DNA from: Vicinamibacteria bacterium
Lineage (GTDB): Bacteria; Acidobacteriota; Vicinamibacteria; Fen-336
Assembly (NCBI GenBank): GCA_023701125.1
Contig: JAMPXO010000011.1
Location: forward strand, 1,218 to 65,217
Length of the DNA: 64,000 nucleotides
Direction of reading: 5' to 3'
This document shows, piece after piece, positions 37,395-48,348 of the stretch; the first letter of the stretch is position 1; each line of letters starts with the position of its first letter. Below the pieces are notes generated by a model that was not told where the DNA came from, made no database searches, and was given only the letters and a program-made list of their open reading frames with translations. Position numbers and translations under genes: made by a program.

Positions 37395-37424
37395 TTGACA
37401 CCCTGCGCGCCGGGGGCATAGACT
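37395..37424 (+). promoter_or_regulatory. sigma70-like promoter upstream of pilT (TTGACA-N17/18-ATAGACT)
   Basis: cTTGACAccctgcgcgccgggggcATAGACTcc; followed by hairpin ccgtctcccggaagacgg in the 5' UTR (~37453-37471). Confidence 0.35.
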
Positions 37425-37511
37425 CCTAGCAAGGCGAAATCGGGCGGAGCCGTCTCCCGGAAGACGGGTGGCGTGCGCTCACTCGTCCAAGCCCCACAGG
37501 GAGTTGGAACG

Positions 37512-38642
37512 ATGCACATCAACGATCTCCTGAAGATCGCGTCGGAGCGGAAGGGCTCGGACCTTCACCTGAAGGTCGGCTCGCACCCCGTGGTGCGCAT
37601 CAACGGCGAGCTGATCCCGCTCGTCGAGACCAAGCGGCTCATGCAGGAAGACACCATCGCCATGGCGTTCTCCATCATGAGCAACCGCCAGAAGCAGAAG
37701 TTCAAGGAGAACCTCGAGATCGACATCGCGTACTCGGTGCCGGGTCTCGGCCGCTTCCGCTGCAACGTGTTCCAGCAGCGCGGCACCGTCGGCCTCGTGC
37801 TGCGCGTGATCCCGGTCAAGATCCTGACGGTCAAGGAACTGGGCCTGCCGGTGGTGCTGGAGAAGATCGCCGGCGAGCAGCGCGGGATGGTGCTCTGCAC
37901 CGGGACCACGGGCTCGGGCAAGTCGACCACGCTGGCCGCGATCATCGACTACATCAACACCCAGCGCTGCGAGCACATCATCACGATCGAGGACCCGATC
38001 GAGTTCCTCCATCGCGACAAGAAGTCGATCGTCAACCAGCGCGAGATCGAGGTCGACACCAAGAGTTTCGCGGCGGCGCTGCGCTCTGCCCTGCGCCAGG
38101 ACCCCGACGTGATCCTGGTCGGCGAGATGCGCGACTACGAGACGATCGAGACCGCGATCACGGCGGCCGAGACCGGCCACCTCGTGTTCTCGACCCTGCA
38201 CACGCTGGACGCGACGGAGACCGTCAACCGCATCATCTCGGTCTTCCCGCCGCACCAGCAGAAGCAGATCCGCCTCCAGCTCGCCGGCGTGCTCAAGGCC
38301 GTCATCTCGATGCGGCTGATCCCGCGCGCCGACAACAACGGCCGTGTGCCGGCGACCGAGGTGATGATCACGACGCCGTTCATCCGCGACTGCATCATCA
38401 ACAAGGACAAGACCAAGCTGATCCACGAGGCGATCGCGGCCGGCGTCTCGCAGTACGGGATGCAGACCTTCGACCAGGCGGTGTTCTACCTGTACAAGAA
38501 GGAGCTGATCACCTACGACGAGGCGATGCGCCGCTGCTCGAACCCCGACGAGTTCAAGATGCGGGTGCAGGGCGTGCAGTCGACCTCCGACATGGCCGCC
38601 GAGGAGATGGAGAAGTCCATCGAATCGTTCGAGATGGAATGA
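37512..38642 (+). CDS. pilT: type IV pilus retraction ATPase PilT
   Basis: ggag RBS; MHINDLLKIASERKGSDLHL, Walker A GTTGSGKSTT, ...VNQREIEVDTKSFAAALRSALRQDPDVILVGEMRD..., C-terminal AIAAG motif region. Confidence 0.9.
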   Translation: MHINDLLKIASERKGSDLHLKVGSHPVVRINGELIPLVETKRLMQEDTIAMAFSIMSNRQKQKFKENLEIDIAYSVPGLGRFRCNVFQQRGTVGLVLRVIPVKILTVKELGLPVVLEKIAGEQRGMVLCTGTTGSGKSTTLAAIIDYINTQRCEHIITIEDPIEFLHRDKKSIVNQREIEVDTKSFAAALRSALRQDPDVILVGEMRDYETIETAITAAETGHLVFSTLHTLDATETVNRIISVFPPHQQKQIRLQLAGVLKAVISMRLIPRADNNGRVPATEVMITTPFIRDCIINKDKTKLIHEAIAAGVSQYGMQTFDQAVFYLYKKELITYDEAMRRCSNPDEFKMRVQGVQSTSDMAAEEMEKSIESFEME

Positions 38643-39160
38643 GCCTCGGCTTGGCCCGTCCCGACTCCGCCTGGGAGCAAGCGATCGCCCGCCTGTCGCG
38701 GCGCGATTTCTCCGAGGCCGAGCTGCGCCGGGCGCTCGGCCGGGACGGCTACGCCGAGCCCGAGGTCGAGGCCGTGCTGATCCGGCTGCGCGAGAAGCGC
38801 CTGCTCGACGACGCCCGCTACGCGCGCCGGCGGGCCCAGCGCGGTCTCGCGGAGCGCGGCATGGGCCGGCTCCGGGTTCGCGCCGAGCTGCGCAGCCGCG
38901 GCGTGCACCCGAAGCTGGCCGACGTCGCCGTCGCCGAGGCGCTGGCCGAGGCACCCGAGCCGGTCCGCATCGAGGCCCTGGCCCGCGCCTGGTGGCGCAC
39001 CCACAAGAGCGGCGAGCCGCAGGCCCGCGTGCGCCGGCTGGCCGGCTGGCTGGTCCGCCGCGGCTTCCCCGCTTCCGCCGTCGCGGACAAGCTGCGTCAC
39101 CTGTTCCCGCGAGATGCCGACGGCTTCGGCGAGATCGCCGACGCACCCGAAGAAGACTAG
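38639..39160 (+). CDS. recX: regulatory protein RecX
   Basis: 173 aa; ATGA overlap with pilT; three-helix repeat pattern with LLDDARYARRRAQ. Confidence 0.8.
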   Translation: MSLGLARPDSAWEQAIARLSRRDFSEAELRRALGRDGYAEPEVEAVLIRLREKRLLDDARYARRRAQRGLAERGMGRLRVRAELRSRGVHPKLADVAVAEALAEAPEPVRIEALARAWWRTHKSGEPQARVRRLAGWLVRRGFPASAVADKLRHLFPRDADGFGEIADAPEED

Positions 39161-39181
39161 AAGGAGCAGAAGAGTCCTACC

Positions 39182-41857
39182 GTGAAGACCGCCGACCAGA
39201 TCCGCCACGCCTTCCTGCGCTACTTCGAGGAGCGCGGCCACCGCGTCGTCAAGAGCAGCTCGCTCGTCCCCGAGAGCGACCCCACGCTGCTGTTCGCCAA
39301 CGCGGGCATGAACCAGTTCAAGGACCTCTTCCTCGGCCGCGAGAAGCGCGACTACGCCCGCGCCGCCTCGTCGCAGAAGTGCGTCCGCGCCGGCGGCAAG
39401 CACAACGACCTCGAGAACGTGGGCCAGACCGCGCGCCACCACACCTTCTTCGAGATGCTCGGCAACTTCTCGTTCGGCGACTACTTCAAGAAGGACGCGA
39501 TCGCCTTCGGCTGGGAGTTCCTGACCAGGGACCTCGGCCTCGACCCGTCGCGGATGAAGGTCACGATCTTCCGCGGCGAGGACGGCGTGCCGCGCGACAG
39601 CGAGGCCCACGGCTTCTGGCTGGAGCACGTCGCCGCCGACCGCATCCTGGAGCTCTCGGCCAAGGACAACTTCTGGGCGATGGGCGACACCGGCCCCTGC
39701 GGTCCCTGCTCCGAGATCCACTTCCACCAGGGCGACGACCTGCCCTGCGCCGACGAGGCGGCCGGAGGGAAGTGCAAGGGCGTCGAGTGCGAGTGCGACC
39801 GCTGGCTGGAGATCTGGAACCTGGTCTTCATGCAGTTCGACCGCGATTCCGCCGGCAAGCTGACGCCGCTGCCGGCGCCGTGCGTCGACACCGGCATGGG
39901 CCTCGAGCGCGTCAGCGCCGTCGCCCAGGGCCACCGCTCGAACTACGACACCGACCTGTTCACCCCGCTGTTCGCCGCGATCTCGAAGCTGTGCGGCAAG
40001 CCGTACGGGGCGACGACCTCCGCCGACGACATGTCGATGCGGGTGATCGCCGACCACATGCGGGCGACGACGTTCCTGGTCGGCGACGGCGTGATCCCCG
40101 GCAACGAGGGACGCGGCTACGTGCTGCGCAAGATCATGCGTCGCGCGCTGCGCCACGGCCGCCGGCTCGGCATCGAAGGCGCCGTGCTGGTGCCGCTGAT
40201 CGACGCGGTGGTCGAGCGCATGGCGGGCGCCTACCCGGAGCTGCACAACCAGAAGGACTCGATCCGCAAGATCGTCGAGGTCGAGGAGGACCGCTTCTCG
40301 ACCACCCTGCGCCAGGCGTTCGTGATGTTCGACCAGGCGGCGGCGAAGCTGAAGGCGGGCGACGTGCTGCCCGGCGCCGAGGCCTTCCGCCTGTACGACA
40401 CCTACGGCCTGGCCCTCGACTTCACCGAGGAGCTGGCGAAGGACCGCGGCCTCACGGTCGACAACGCCGGCTTCGACCGCGAGTTGCAGGCCCAGCAGGA
40501 ACGCGCCCGCAGCGCCAGCAAGCTGGGCGCGGTCACCGGCGACCCGGTCTACATGGAGCTGCTGCACAAGCAGAAGCCGCAGTTCGTCGGCTACGACACG
40601 CTGGCCCTCGACGAGGCGCGGGTGCTGGCCGTGGTCCGCGGCGGCGCCTCCGTGAGCCGGCTCGACGTGGGCGAGGAGGGCGAGATCATCCTCGACCGCA
40701 CGCCGTTCTACGGGGAGTCGGGCGGCCAGGTCGGCGACCGCGGCGTGATCGCCGCCGAGGGCGCGGCGGCGGACGTCACGGACTGCCGGCTGCCGGTGCC
40801 CGGGCTTTACTCCCACCACGTCAAGGTCACGGCGGGCGGCTTCGAGCCGGGCATGGTCGTGCGCTGCGAGGTCGACCCCGCCCACCGCGCGGGCGCCATG
40901 CGCCACCACAGCGCGACCCACCTGCTCCACGCCGCGCTGCGCGAGATCCTCGGCCCCCACGTCAAGCAGGCGGGCTCCATGGTCGCGCCCGACCGGCTGC
41001 GCTTCGACTTCAGCCACTACGCGGGGGTCACGCCGCGCGAGCTGCGCCACCTCGAGAACCGGGTCAACGGCGAGATCCTGCGCAACACGGGCCTGGAGAC
41101 GAAGGTGATGGGCCGCGAGGAGGCGCTCTCCTACGGCGCCCTGGCCTTCTTCGGCGACAAGTACGGCGAGCGCGTGCGGGTGGTCGAGGTGCCGGGCTTC
41201 TCGAAGGAGTTCTGCGGCGGCACCCACGTCCACCGCACGGGCGACATCGGCCTGTTCCTGTTCAGCTTCGAGCAGGGCATCTCGGCCGGCACCCGCCGCG
41301 TCGAGGCGCTCGCGGGCGACGCCGCGATGGCCCGCGCCCAGGCCGACCAGGGCATCCTCGAAGAGCTCGAGCAGGCCGCCAAGACGGATCGCCGCGCGCT
41401 GGTCGACGAGTACGCGAAGTTGCGCGACCAGTTGAAGACCAGGGAGCGCGAGGTCCAGGCGCTGAAGATGAAGCTGGCTACCGGTGGCGGCGGCGCCAGC
41501 GACGACGAAAAGGCCGAGCACGCCGGCGTCCGGCTGCTCACGCCCCGCTACGACGGCCTCGACAAGAAGTCGCACGCGGCCGTGGTCGACGACCTGCGCA
41601 ACCGCCACAAGGCGGCGCCGTTCCTGATCGTCTCCGCGGCCGTCGCGGAGGACGGCGTGCACGTGATCGCCGCCGTGTCGGAGTCGCTCCAGGGCCGGGT
41701 GAAGGCGCCCGAGCTGATGAAGCGGCTGGGGCTGCGCGGCGGAGGTCGGCCCGACTTCGCGCAGGGCGGCGGCGTGGCCGCAGACGACGTGGACGCGATG
41801 AGGAAGAAGGCGGGAGAGCTGATGCGCGAGATGCTGGAGGGTGTCGGTGCAGCCTGA
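39182..41857 (+). CDS. alaS: alanine--tRNA ligase
   Basis: GTG start; 891 aa; FANAGMNQFKD, class II motifs, editing HxxxH...CGGTH, C-terminal DHHA1-like region. Confidence 0.95.
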   Translation: MKTADQIRHAFLRYFEERGHRVVKSSSLVPESDPTLLFANAGMNQFKDLFLGREKRDYARAASSQKCVRAGGKHNDLENVGQTARHHTFFEMLGNFSFGDYFKKDAIAFGWEFLTRDLGLDPSRMKVTIFRGEDGVPRDSEAHGFWLEHVAADRILELSAKDNFWAMGDTGPCGPCSEIHFHQGDDLPCADEAAGGKCKGVECECDRWLEIWNLVFMQFDRDSAGKLTPLPAPCVDTGMGLERVSAVAQGHRSNYDTDLFTPLFAAISKLCGKPYGATTSADDMSMRVIADHMRATTFLVGDGVIPGNEGRGYVLRKIMRRALRHGRRLGIEGAVLVPLIDAVVERMAGAYPELHNQKDSIRKIVEVEEDRFSTTLRQAFVMFDQAAAKLKAGDVLPGAEAFRLYDTYGLALDFTEELAKDRGLTVDNAGFDRELQAQQERARSASKLGAVTGDPVYMELLHKQKPQFVGYDTLALDEARVLAVVRGGASVSRLDVGEEGEIILDRTPFYGESGGQVGDRGVIAAEGAAADVTDCRLPVPGLYSHHVKVTAGGFEPGMVVRCEVDPAHRAGAMRHHSATHLLHAALREILGPHVKQAGSMVAPDRLRFDFSHYAGVTPRELRHLENRVNGEILRNTGLETKVMGREEALSYGALAFFGDKYGERVRVVEVPGFSKEFCGGTHVHRTGDIGLFLFSFEQGISAGTRRVEALAGDAAMARAQADQGILEELEQAAKTDRRALVDEYAKLRDQLKTREREVQALKMKLATGGGGASDDEKAEHAGVRLLTPRYDGLDKKSHAAVVDDLRNRHKAAPFLIVSAAVAEDGVHVIAAVSESLQGRVKAPELMKRLGLRGGGRPDFAQGGGVAADDVDAMRKKAGELMREMLEGVGAA

Positions 41858-42725
41858 GCGCCGGGTCGGCCTGCTGTTCCTGATCACGGCCCTGGCGGCC
41901 CCGGGGGCAACGGCCCAGATCTACACCCGGGTCAAGGCCAACGGCGTGATCGAGGCCACCAACATGCCGGCGGGAAACGACTTCCGCCTCACCTACCCCG
42001 GCAAGGGCCGACTCATCCACTCGCGCGGCTTCCGCCGCGTGGCCTACAACGGCGAGTACGACCGCCACATCTTCGACGCGGCGACCACCCACGGCGTCTC
42101 GGCGGAGCTCGTCAAGGCCGTGATCCAGGTCGAGTCCGAGTTCGACCACCTGGCCGTTTCGTCCAAGGGCGCTCAGGGCCTGATGCAACTGATGCCCCCG
42201 ACCGCCCGCCGCTTCGGCGTCGGCGACGCGTTCGATCCGCGCCAGAACATCTTCGGCGGTGTCGAGTACCTCGCGTTCCTGCTGCGCACGTTCCAGGGCG
42301 ACGTGTCGATGGCACTGGCCGGCTACAACGCCGGCGAGAACGCCGTCATCCGCCACAAGGGTATCCCGCCGTACAAGGAGACCCGCGGCTACGTGAAGAA
42401 GATCCAGGGCCTGCTCGAGGGCGGCTACTCCGGGCCCACCTACCGCCGCGCCTCGACGGTCAGCCCCGCGCCGGGCCTCGGCGCCGGTAGCGAGAGCGCC
42501 CATTACTTCGCCCCGGGTGCAGGCGCCGGCCGGCTGCGCACGGCCACCCCGACGTCGGTCGCGGCGCGTGGCGTACGGATCGCAGCGGCGGCCCCCCGCG
42601 CCGTCGCGCCGCCGCTGCCGCCGCGGACCTACTACAAGTGGACCGACTCCCGCGGCCAGTGGCACGTGGCCCAGGAGCCCCCGCCCGAGGGCATCGCGTA
42701 CTCGATGATCCGGGGCCTGGACTAG
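41841..42725 (+). CDS. lytic transglycosylase (SLT domain) flanked by DUF4124-like motifs
   Basis: GTG start inside alaS 3' end; signal peptide; SLT motif AVIQVESEFDHLAVSSKGAQGLMQLMP...GYNAG; IYTRVKANGVIEATN and YYKWTDSRGQWHVAQEPP. Confidence 0.75.
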   Translation: MSVQPERRVGLLFLITALAAPGATAQIYTRVKANGVIEATNMPAGNDFRLTYPGKGRLIHSRGFRRVAYNGEYDRHIFDAATTHGVSAELVKAVIQVESEFDHLAVSSKGAQGLMQLMPPTARRFGVGDAFDPRQNIFGGVEYLAFLLRTFQGDVSMALAGYNAGENAVIRHKGIPPYKETRGYVKKIQGLLEGGYSGPTYRRASTVSPAPGLGAGSESAHYFAPGAGAGRLRTATPTSVAARGVRIAAAAPRAVAPPLPPRTYYKWTDSRGQWHVAQEPPPEGIAYSMIRGLD

Positions 42726-42735
42726 GAGTTCGACC

Positions 42736-44058
42736 ATGCCCCCCGAACGCGACGACGAAGGCCTGTTCGTCGCCCACTTCGAGCGCGGGCGCGAGCAGTT
42801 CGACGCCGGTCGCATCGGCGAGGCCGAGAAGGACCTGGTCGAAGCCTGCCTGATCCGGCCGCGCGACCAGCGCGTGCTGAACCTGCTGGGCCTCGTCTAC
42901 TTCAAGCAGCAGAAGTACGCCAAGGCCGAGGAGGTCTACCGCCGGCTCGCCGTCGAGAGCCCCGACGTGCCGACGCTCTTCTACAACCTCGGCCTGATCT
43001 ACTTCAAGCTCGGCCGGCTCGAGGAGGCCGAGACCGCGTTCCAGAAGTCACTCGAGCTCGGGCCCGAGAACGCCAAGATCGAGTTCTACCTGGGCTCGAT
43101 CTACGAGAAGCTGCACCGCTTCCAGGACGCCATCTACCGCTACCGCCATGCGGGCGCCAGCCTGATGGTCCGACGCGTCGAGGACAAGATCGCGGCCGGC
43201 CCCGGCCCCGCTGCGCCGCCGGCCCGGCCCGCGGCCCCGGCGGTAGCCCGACCCAGGGCCCCGCTGCCGCCGCTACCACGCTCGACGGCCGACACGGCGG
43301 AGTTCCGCGTCGACTCGGTCAAGCAGGCCCTGCACGAACAGGACGATGCAGCCACGCTGGTGCCCGGCAAGCGGGTCGAGAAGGTCAGTCCGGCCCTGCT
43401 CGCGCGCTCCGCGGCGACCGACACCAACCGCTTCAAGGTGACGGAGAGCGCCGACGCCGATGCGCGCCGGTTGGAGCCCGCCACCAAGCACCCGGTGCTG
43501 GGCTCGTTCCGGCCGCTGGAGCGCGGCCTGCTCGAGGCCACGTTCTCCGGCAAGCTGTTCATCAAGCAGGGCACGATCTACTCGTACAGCGGCAACCTGA
43601 CCTTCTGGGTCAAGGAGAAGCGCCCCGGCGGCCGCAACCCGTTGGTCATCATCTCCGGCTCGGGCCGCGTGTTGCTGACCGACGGCGATCGCGAGATCAC
43701 GTTCGTCCACGTCACCGAGGACGAGCAGGTGTTCGTCGAGCCCGGCCACCTGCTGGCCTGCGAGGAGACGCTGACGCCGCGCTACGTGCCGCTGGTGCCG
43801 GGCGTCGAGTACGTCGTGTTCGAGGGCAGGGGCTCGGCCGCACTGTCGATCGCCAGCAAGGCGCTGTCGCTGTCGGTGACGCCGGACCTGCCGGTCTCGG
43901 TGCCCTACTCGGCGATCATCACCTGGAGCGGGCGCCTGCAGGCCACGCTGATCGACGACCCCCACCTGCGCGAGATGATCCTGCCGCCCGCCCGTCGCGA
44001 CGAGCCGTTGCTGCGGATCGAAGGCGCCGGCCGCGTGCTCGTCGAGCAGACTCCCTAG
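42736..44058 (+). CDS. TPR-repeat protein with C-terminal AIM24 (DUF124/TIGR00266) domain
   Basis: N-terminal TPR (VLNLLGLVYFKQQKYAKAEEVYRR..., TLFYNLGLIYFKLGRLEEAE); C-terminal ...FIKQGTIYSYSGNLTFWV...VIISGSGRVLLTDGDREITFVHV. Confidence 0.65.
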   Translation: MPPERDDEGLFVAHFERGREQFDAGRIGEAEKDLVEACLIRPRDQRVLNLLGLVYFKQQKYAKAEEVYRRLAVESPDVPTLFYNLGLIYFKLGRLEEAETAFQKSLELGPENAKIEFYLGSIYEKLHRFQDAIYRYRHAGASLMVRRVEDKIAAGPGPAAPPARPAAPAVARPRAPLPPLPRSTADTAEFRVDSVKQALHEQDDAATLVPGKRVEKVSPALLARSAATDTNRFKVTESADADARRLEPATKHPVLGSFRPLERGLLEATFSGKLFIKQGTIYSYSGNLTFWVKEKRPGGRNPLVIISGSGRVLLTDGDREITFVHVTEDEQVFVEPGHLLACEETLTPRYVPLVPGVEYVVFEGRGSAALSIASKALSLSVTPDLPVSVPYSAIITWSGRLQATLIDDPHLREMILPPARRDEPLLRIEGAGRVLVEQTP

Positions 44059-44062
44059 GCGC

Positions 44063-45010
44063 TCAGCGCCACAGGCCCGGCAGCGCCTGCAGCGCGCCGC
44101 GGGCCGTGTACAGCCCCTGCACCTCGCCGCGGAAGCCGTGCCAGCAGGCCGTGCAGCCGTGGTTCGCGCTCTGGGCCTTGAGGCGATCGACAACGGCGGC
44201 GGCGGGCTCCTCGACCAGCGAGCCCGCGACGTCCGCCGGGCCCTGGAACTCCACGCAGCGCGAGACGCGGCCGCGGTGGTCGATGTTGAAGAAGGCGCGG
44301 CCCGCGGGACACCCGGGCACACCGCCGGCCAGGGCGCGGTCGAGGCCCTCGACGACCGACGGGCTGGAGGCCAGCGGGCGACCGCGGCGCCGCGCCTCGA
44401 GCAGCGCCGGCGCCAGTGGCGCGCCAGCCGCGGGCATCGGGTACGGCACGTCGACGGCCAGCTCCACGCCCAGCCGCTCGGCCAGTTGCAACGCGCGTTC
44501 GAGGCCGTCGACGCCGGCACCGGGGTCGAGCGCGAGCTTCAGCCGTACCGCCCCGCGCCCGCCTTCGCGCAACGCCTCGACCGCGGCCACCGCCCGCGCG
44601 TGCGCACCCGGCAGCCCCGCGCGCTCGTCGTGCCGGGCTGGCTCGCCGTCGTAGAGCACGACAGCGGCGCTGCGCAGCCCCGCGTCCCAGAGCCCGGTCG
44701 CCACCGCGGGGTTGACCAGCCAGCCGTGGGTCGTCAACCGGACCTCGTGCTGCGGCGACGCCGCGGCCACGACCTGGCGCAGGCCCGGGTGCAGCAGCGG
44801 CTCGCAGCCCGAGAGCGACAGCACGAGGCTGCCGAGGCTGGACAGGCCTTCGACCACCCGCAGGCAGTCGTCGGTGGCGAGTTCTGCCTCGCCGCCCTCG
44901 GCGCGGTGCTCGCAGAACTGGCACAACGAGTTGCAGCGCCGCACGAGCTGCCACGAGGCGTACACCGGGCGGCCGCGCAGCCAGCCGCCCAGCAGCCGCA
45001 GCCGCTTCAC
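44063..45010 (-). CDS. radical SAM enzyme with C-terminal SPASM/twitch-like auxiliary Cys cluster
   Basis: CNSLCQFC (CxxxCxxC), GCEPLL, C-terminal CPAGRAFFNIDHRGRVSRC...HGCTACW; ATGA overlap with upstream LolA-like gene. Confidence 0.75.
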   Translation of the reverse strand: MKRLRLLGGWLRGRPVYASWQLVRRCNSLCQFCEHRAEGGEAELATDDCLRVVEGLSSLGSLVLSLSGCEPLLHPGLRQVVAAASPQHEVRLTTHGWLVNPAVATGLWDAGLRSAAVVLYDGEPARHDERAGLPGAHARAVAAVEALREGGRGAVRLKLALDPGAGVDGLERALQLAERLGVELAVDVPYPMPAAGAPLAPALLEARRRGRPLASSPSVVEGLDRALAGGVPGCPAGRAFFNIDHRGRVSRCVEFQGPADVAGSLVEEPAAAVVDRLKAQSANHGCTACWHGFRGEVQGLYTARGALQALPGLWR

Positions 45011-45645
45011 CGAACCTCGACCACGTCCTTGGGCAACTTCAGGTCGAAGGCGTCCTTCGGCAACGCGCCGTTGACCGTCACCTTCTCGAACAGGATCGTC
45101 GTGTGATCGCCGGTGGGCTCGGTCAGCCGGGTCTGCACCGGGATGCCACGAGCCTGGTCGACGTACAGGCGGATCGCGGAGAAGACCGAGTTCTGCTCGG
45201 GCCGCGGCTGCAGGTCGAGCACGTGGCAGCGCAGCCCCGCCACCGTCTCCTCGCCGACGAGGGTGACCTTGTACTTGTCGCCGAGCCCCGCCGCCCCGGG
45301 GCCGAAGCCCACCAGCAGGTCGGCCTCGCCCTTCGCCTTGCCCTTGAACACCTGCTTCGAACGCGGGAAGTAGCGGAAGAACTCCCCGTCGCGGATCATC
45401 ACCGCGCTCTCCTGCGGCACGAGGTAGTTCCAGCGGAAGCGGCCGGGCACCTGCAGGTAGACCGTGCCCTTCTGCACGGTCTTCTCGTCGAGCAGCACCA
45501 CCAGCCTGGTTTCGACGAAGCCGGCCTGCATGGTCTTCAGCGAGCGCCCCGCGGTCTCCAGCGCGCGCAGCACGGAGGCGGCGTCCGCAGCCGCGGCCGC
45601 CGGCGCCAGCATCGCCAGCAGCAGGGCCGCCGGCAGCCGCCTCAC
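45007..45645 (-). CDS. LolA-like periplasmic lipoprotein-carrier fold protein
   Basis: GTG start; signal peptide [20 protein letters not shown]; ...VQKGTVYLQVPGRFRWNYLVPQESAVMIRDGEFF... resembles LolA. Confidence 0.65.
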   Translation of the reverse strand: MRRLPAALLLAMLAPAAAAADAASVLRALETAGRSLKTMQAGFVETRLVVLLDEKTVQKGTVYLQVPGRFRWNYLVPQESAVMIRDGEFFRYFPRSKQVFKGKAKGEADLLVGFGPGAAGLGDKYKVTLVGEETVAGLRCHVLDLQPRPEQNSVFSAIRLYVDQARGIPVQTRLTEPTGDHTTILFEKVTVNGALPKDAFDLKLPKDVVEVR

Positions 45646-45784
45646 GGCCGCACCATCGGGTCGCCCCACATCCCCGCCGGGGTCAGCGTCAGCACCAGGA
45701 ACAAGGCGATGCACAGCAGATCGTAGGCCAACGTGCCGCGGTCGTAGTCCCACAACAGCAGCCGCGCCCGCGCCGACAGCGCGC

Positions 45785-45788
<4 letters not shown>
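45642..45788 (-). CDS. 48-aa hydrophobic small protein, translationally coupled (ATGA upstream, GTGA downstream)
   Basis: [48 protein letters not shown]; reading frame exactly bridges ABC ATPase stop and LolA-like start. Confidence 0.35.
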
Positions 45789-46489
<701 letters not shown>

Positions 46490-46491
46490 GC

Positions 46492-47283
46492 TCAGGACGT
46501 CACCTCCACGGTCTCGAACCCCTGCGGCACTCGCGGCTCGAACAGCTTGTCGGGGGCTTCGACGTTGCGTTCCGCGCGGTCGAACGTCAGCCTCGCCTCG
46601 TATCCCTCGCGCCGCAGCAGCGTGACGTCGCCCGGCAGCTCCTCGCGCCAGGCCGCCAGGCGGGCCTCGGTCACCAGGTCGCCGGCCGCATCGTAGAACA
46701 GCAGCCGCAGCGGTCGCAGCGACTCGCGATCGAACACGATCCGGCGGCCCGGGCGCAGCCCAGGGCCCGCGTCGTGCAGCTCGGTCAGCGCCAGCGTCGC
46801 GCGGTCGGCCTCCCACAGCAAGCGCGCTCCCGCGGCCACCGGCTCGGGCAGCAGCGCGGCCACGACGTCGGCGGCGCGCAGCGCCTCGTACGGCGCGTCG
46901 GTGCTCTCGGAGCGCGGCGCGCCGCCCTCCGCCCCGGTCCAGACCTTTTTCTTCGACGGCACCTGGAACCAGAAGCGGCGGCCGTCGGCGACCACCTCGA
47001 GGGCCGTCACCACCGCAACCGAGCCCTTCACGTACAGGCGGCCCGGCCGCGCCGCCACGAGCCGCACGCCGAGCCGGCGCACGCGCGCGGCCTTCAGATC
47101 CTTGACCTCGAGTTCGCCCGCGGCCGAGAAGGAACGCAGCCCCGCGCAGTACTCCTGGTAGCGGGCGAGGGCTTCCGCCGGACGCAGCTCCGCGGCCGGG
47201 CGGAACGGCTCGACCTGGGTCAACGGCCGGCTCGCGCCGCAACCCATGGCCAGCAGGCCGAGCGCGAGCAGCGCGGCTCTCAC
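46492..47283 (-). CDS. outer-membrane lipoprotein (LolB-like/DUF4292-like fold suspected)
   Basis: GTG start overlapping rtcA stop; lipobox LLAMGC; ...[33 protein letters not shown]... Confidence 0.55.
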   Translation of the reverse strand: MRAALLALGLLAMGCGASRPLTQVEPFRPAAELRPAEALARYQEYCAGLRSFSAAGELEVKDLKAARVRRLGVRLVAARPGRLYVKGSVAVVTALEVVADGRRFWFQVPSKKKVWTGAEGGAPRSESTDAPYEALRAADVVAALLPEPVAAGARLLWEADRATLALTELHDAGPGLRPGRRIVFDRESLRPLRLLFYDAAGDLVTEARLAAWREELPGDVTLLRREGYEARLTFDRAERNVEAPDKLFEPRVPQGFETVEVTS

Positions 47284-48314
47284 GCCGGGGTGACCTCGAA
47301 CAGCCCGGGGCCGCCGACCCGGCCTTCGATCCGGGTCGGGATGCCGAAGGCCTGGAGCACGCCGGCGACCGTCTGCAGGTGGAGCGTGATCTCGGACGTG
47401 ACCAGCTGGCCGCCGCGGCCGAGCGCCATCGGCACGGCGAGCTGGTCGGCCAGGTGCGGGTCGACGGCTTCCTCGCGCTCGAGGAAGTGCATCAGGTCGC
47501 GCGCGATCCGCGCGCCCACGGACTCGGGTCGGCTGCGGCGGTCGAAGAGCACGCTGAAGCCGGCACGACCGCGCTCGAACACGGCCTCCAGCATCAGCCA
47601 CGCGCCGGGCGACTCGGAGCGCCAGCGCTCGTCGACGTGCCAACTGGCCTCGAGGCGTCGACGCTCCCACAGTTCCTGGATGGCCGCGTCGCGCATCTTG
47701 GCCGCGATGCCCGGCATCCGCACGCCACCCGCGTGGCCGTGGATCGACACCAGCGCGCCGCGGTCCGTCAGCTCGAGCGCGGCCTCCGGCCGCACGGCCG
47801 GCAGCACGTCCAGCCGCACGTCGCCGCCGCCGCGCGGGAACAGGCCCGGCCGGACCATCCGTCCGTCCACGCGCTGGCCCGCCAGCGACGCCGTCTGCGC
47901 GAAGGGCCCGAGGAAGTACTCCCAGGGCGGCGAGGCCGGCACGTGGGTGCCGCCGGTGACGCGCACCCGGGAGCGCTCGGCCGCGCGCGAGAGCGCCGGC
48001 ACCAGCGCCTGGAGCACCAGCGTCACCGATCCCGCCGTGCCGATCTCGAACTCGTAGTCGCCGGCCGTCGCGGCGCCCGGCTCGAAGCGCAGTTGCAGCG
48101 AGCCCTCGAAGCCGTGGGTCACGGTGGCGCCGCTGGCGAGCGCGACGGCGCGGACCGCGGCGAGGTGCTGCGGGCGCAGGCCGGGGCGCGTGCGCCCCGC
48201 GCGGATGGCGGTGACGTGGAAGGCCTGGCCGGTGGCGACCGAGAGAGCGAGGGCCGCGCGCAGGATCTGGCCACCGCCTTCCCCGGCGGCGCCGTCGATC
48301 GGGATCGCGCTCAC
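47280..48314 (-). CDS. rtcA: RNA 3'-terminal phosphate cyclase
   Basis: 344 aa; [36 protein letters not shown] (RtcA N-term), catalytic His region HGHAGG. Confidence 0.85.
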   Translation of the reverse strand: MSAIPIDGAAGEGGGQILRAALALSVATGQAFHVTAIRAGRTRPGLRPQHLAAVRAVALASGATVTHGFEGSLQLRFEPGAATAGDYEFEIGTAGSVTLVLQALVPALSRAAERSRVRVTGGTHVPASPPWEYFLGPFAQTASLAGQRVDGRMVRPGLFPRGGGDVRLDVLPAVRPEAALELTDRGALVSIHGHAGGVRMPGIAAKMRDAAIQELWERRRLEASWHVDERWRSESPGAWLMLEAVFERGRAGFSVLFDRRSRPESVGARIARDLMHFLEREEAVDPHLADQLAVPMALGRGGQLVTSEITLHLQTVAGVLQAFGIPTRIEGRVGGPGLFEVTPA

Positions 48315-48348
48315 GCCGACACCGCGAGGCGGTCCAGGCGTGGTGCGA

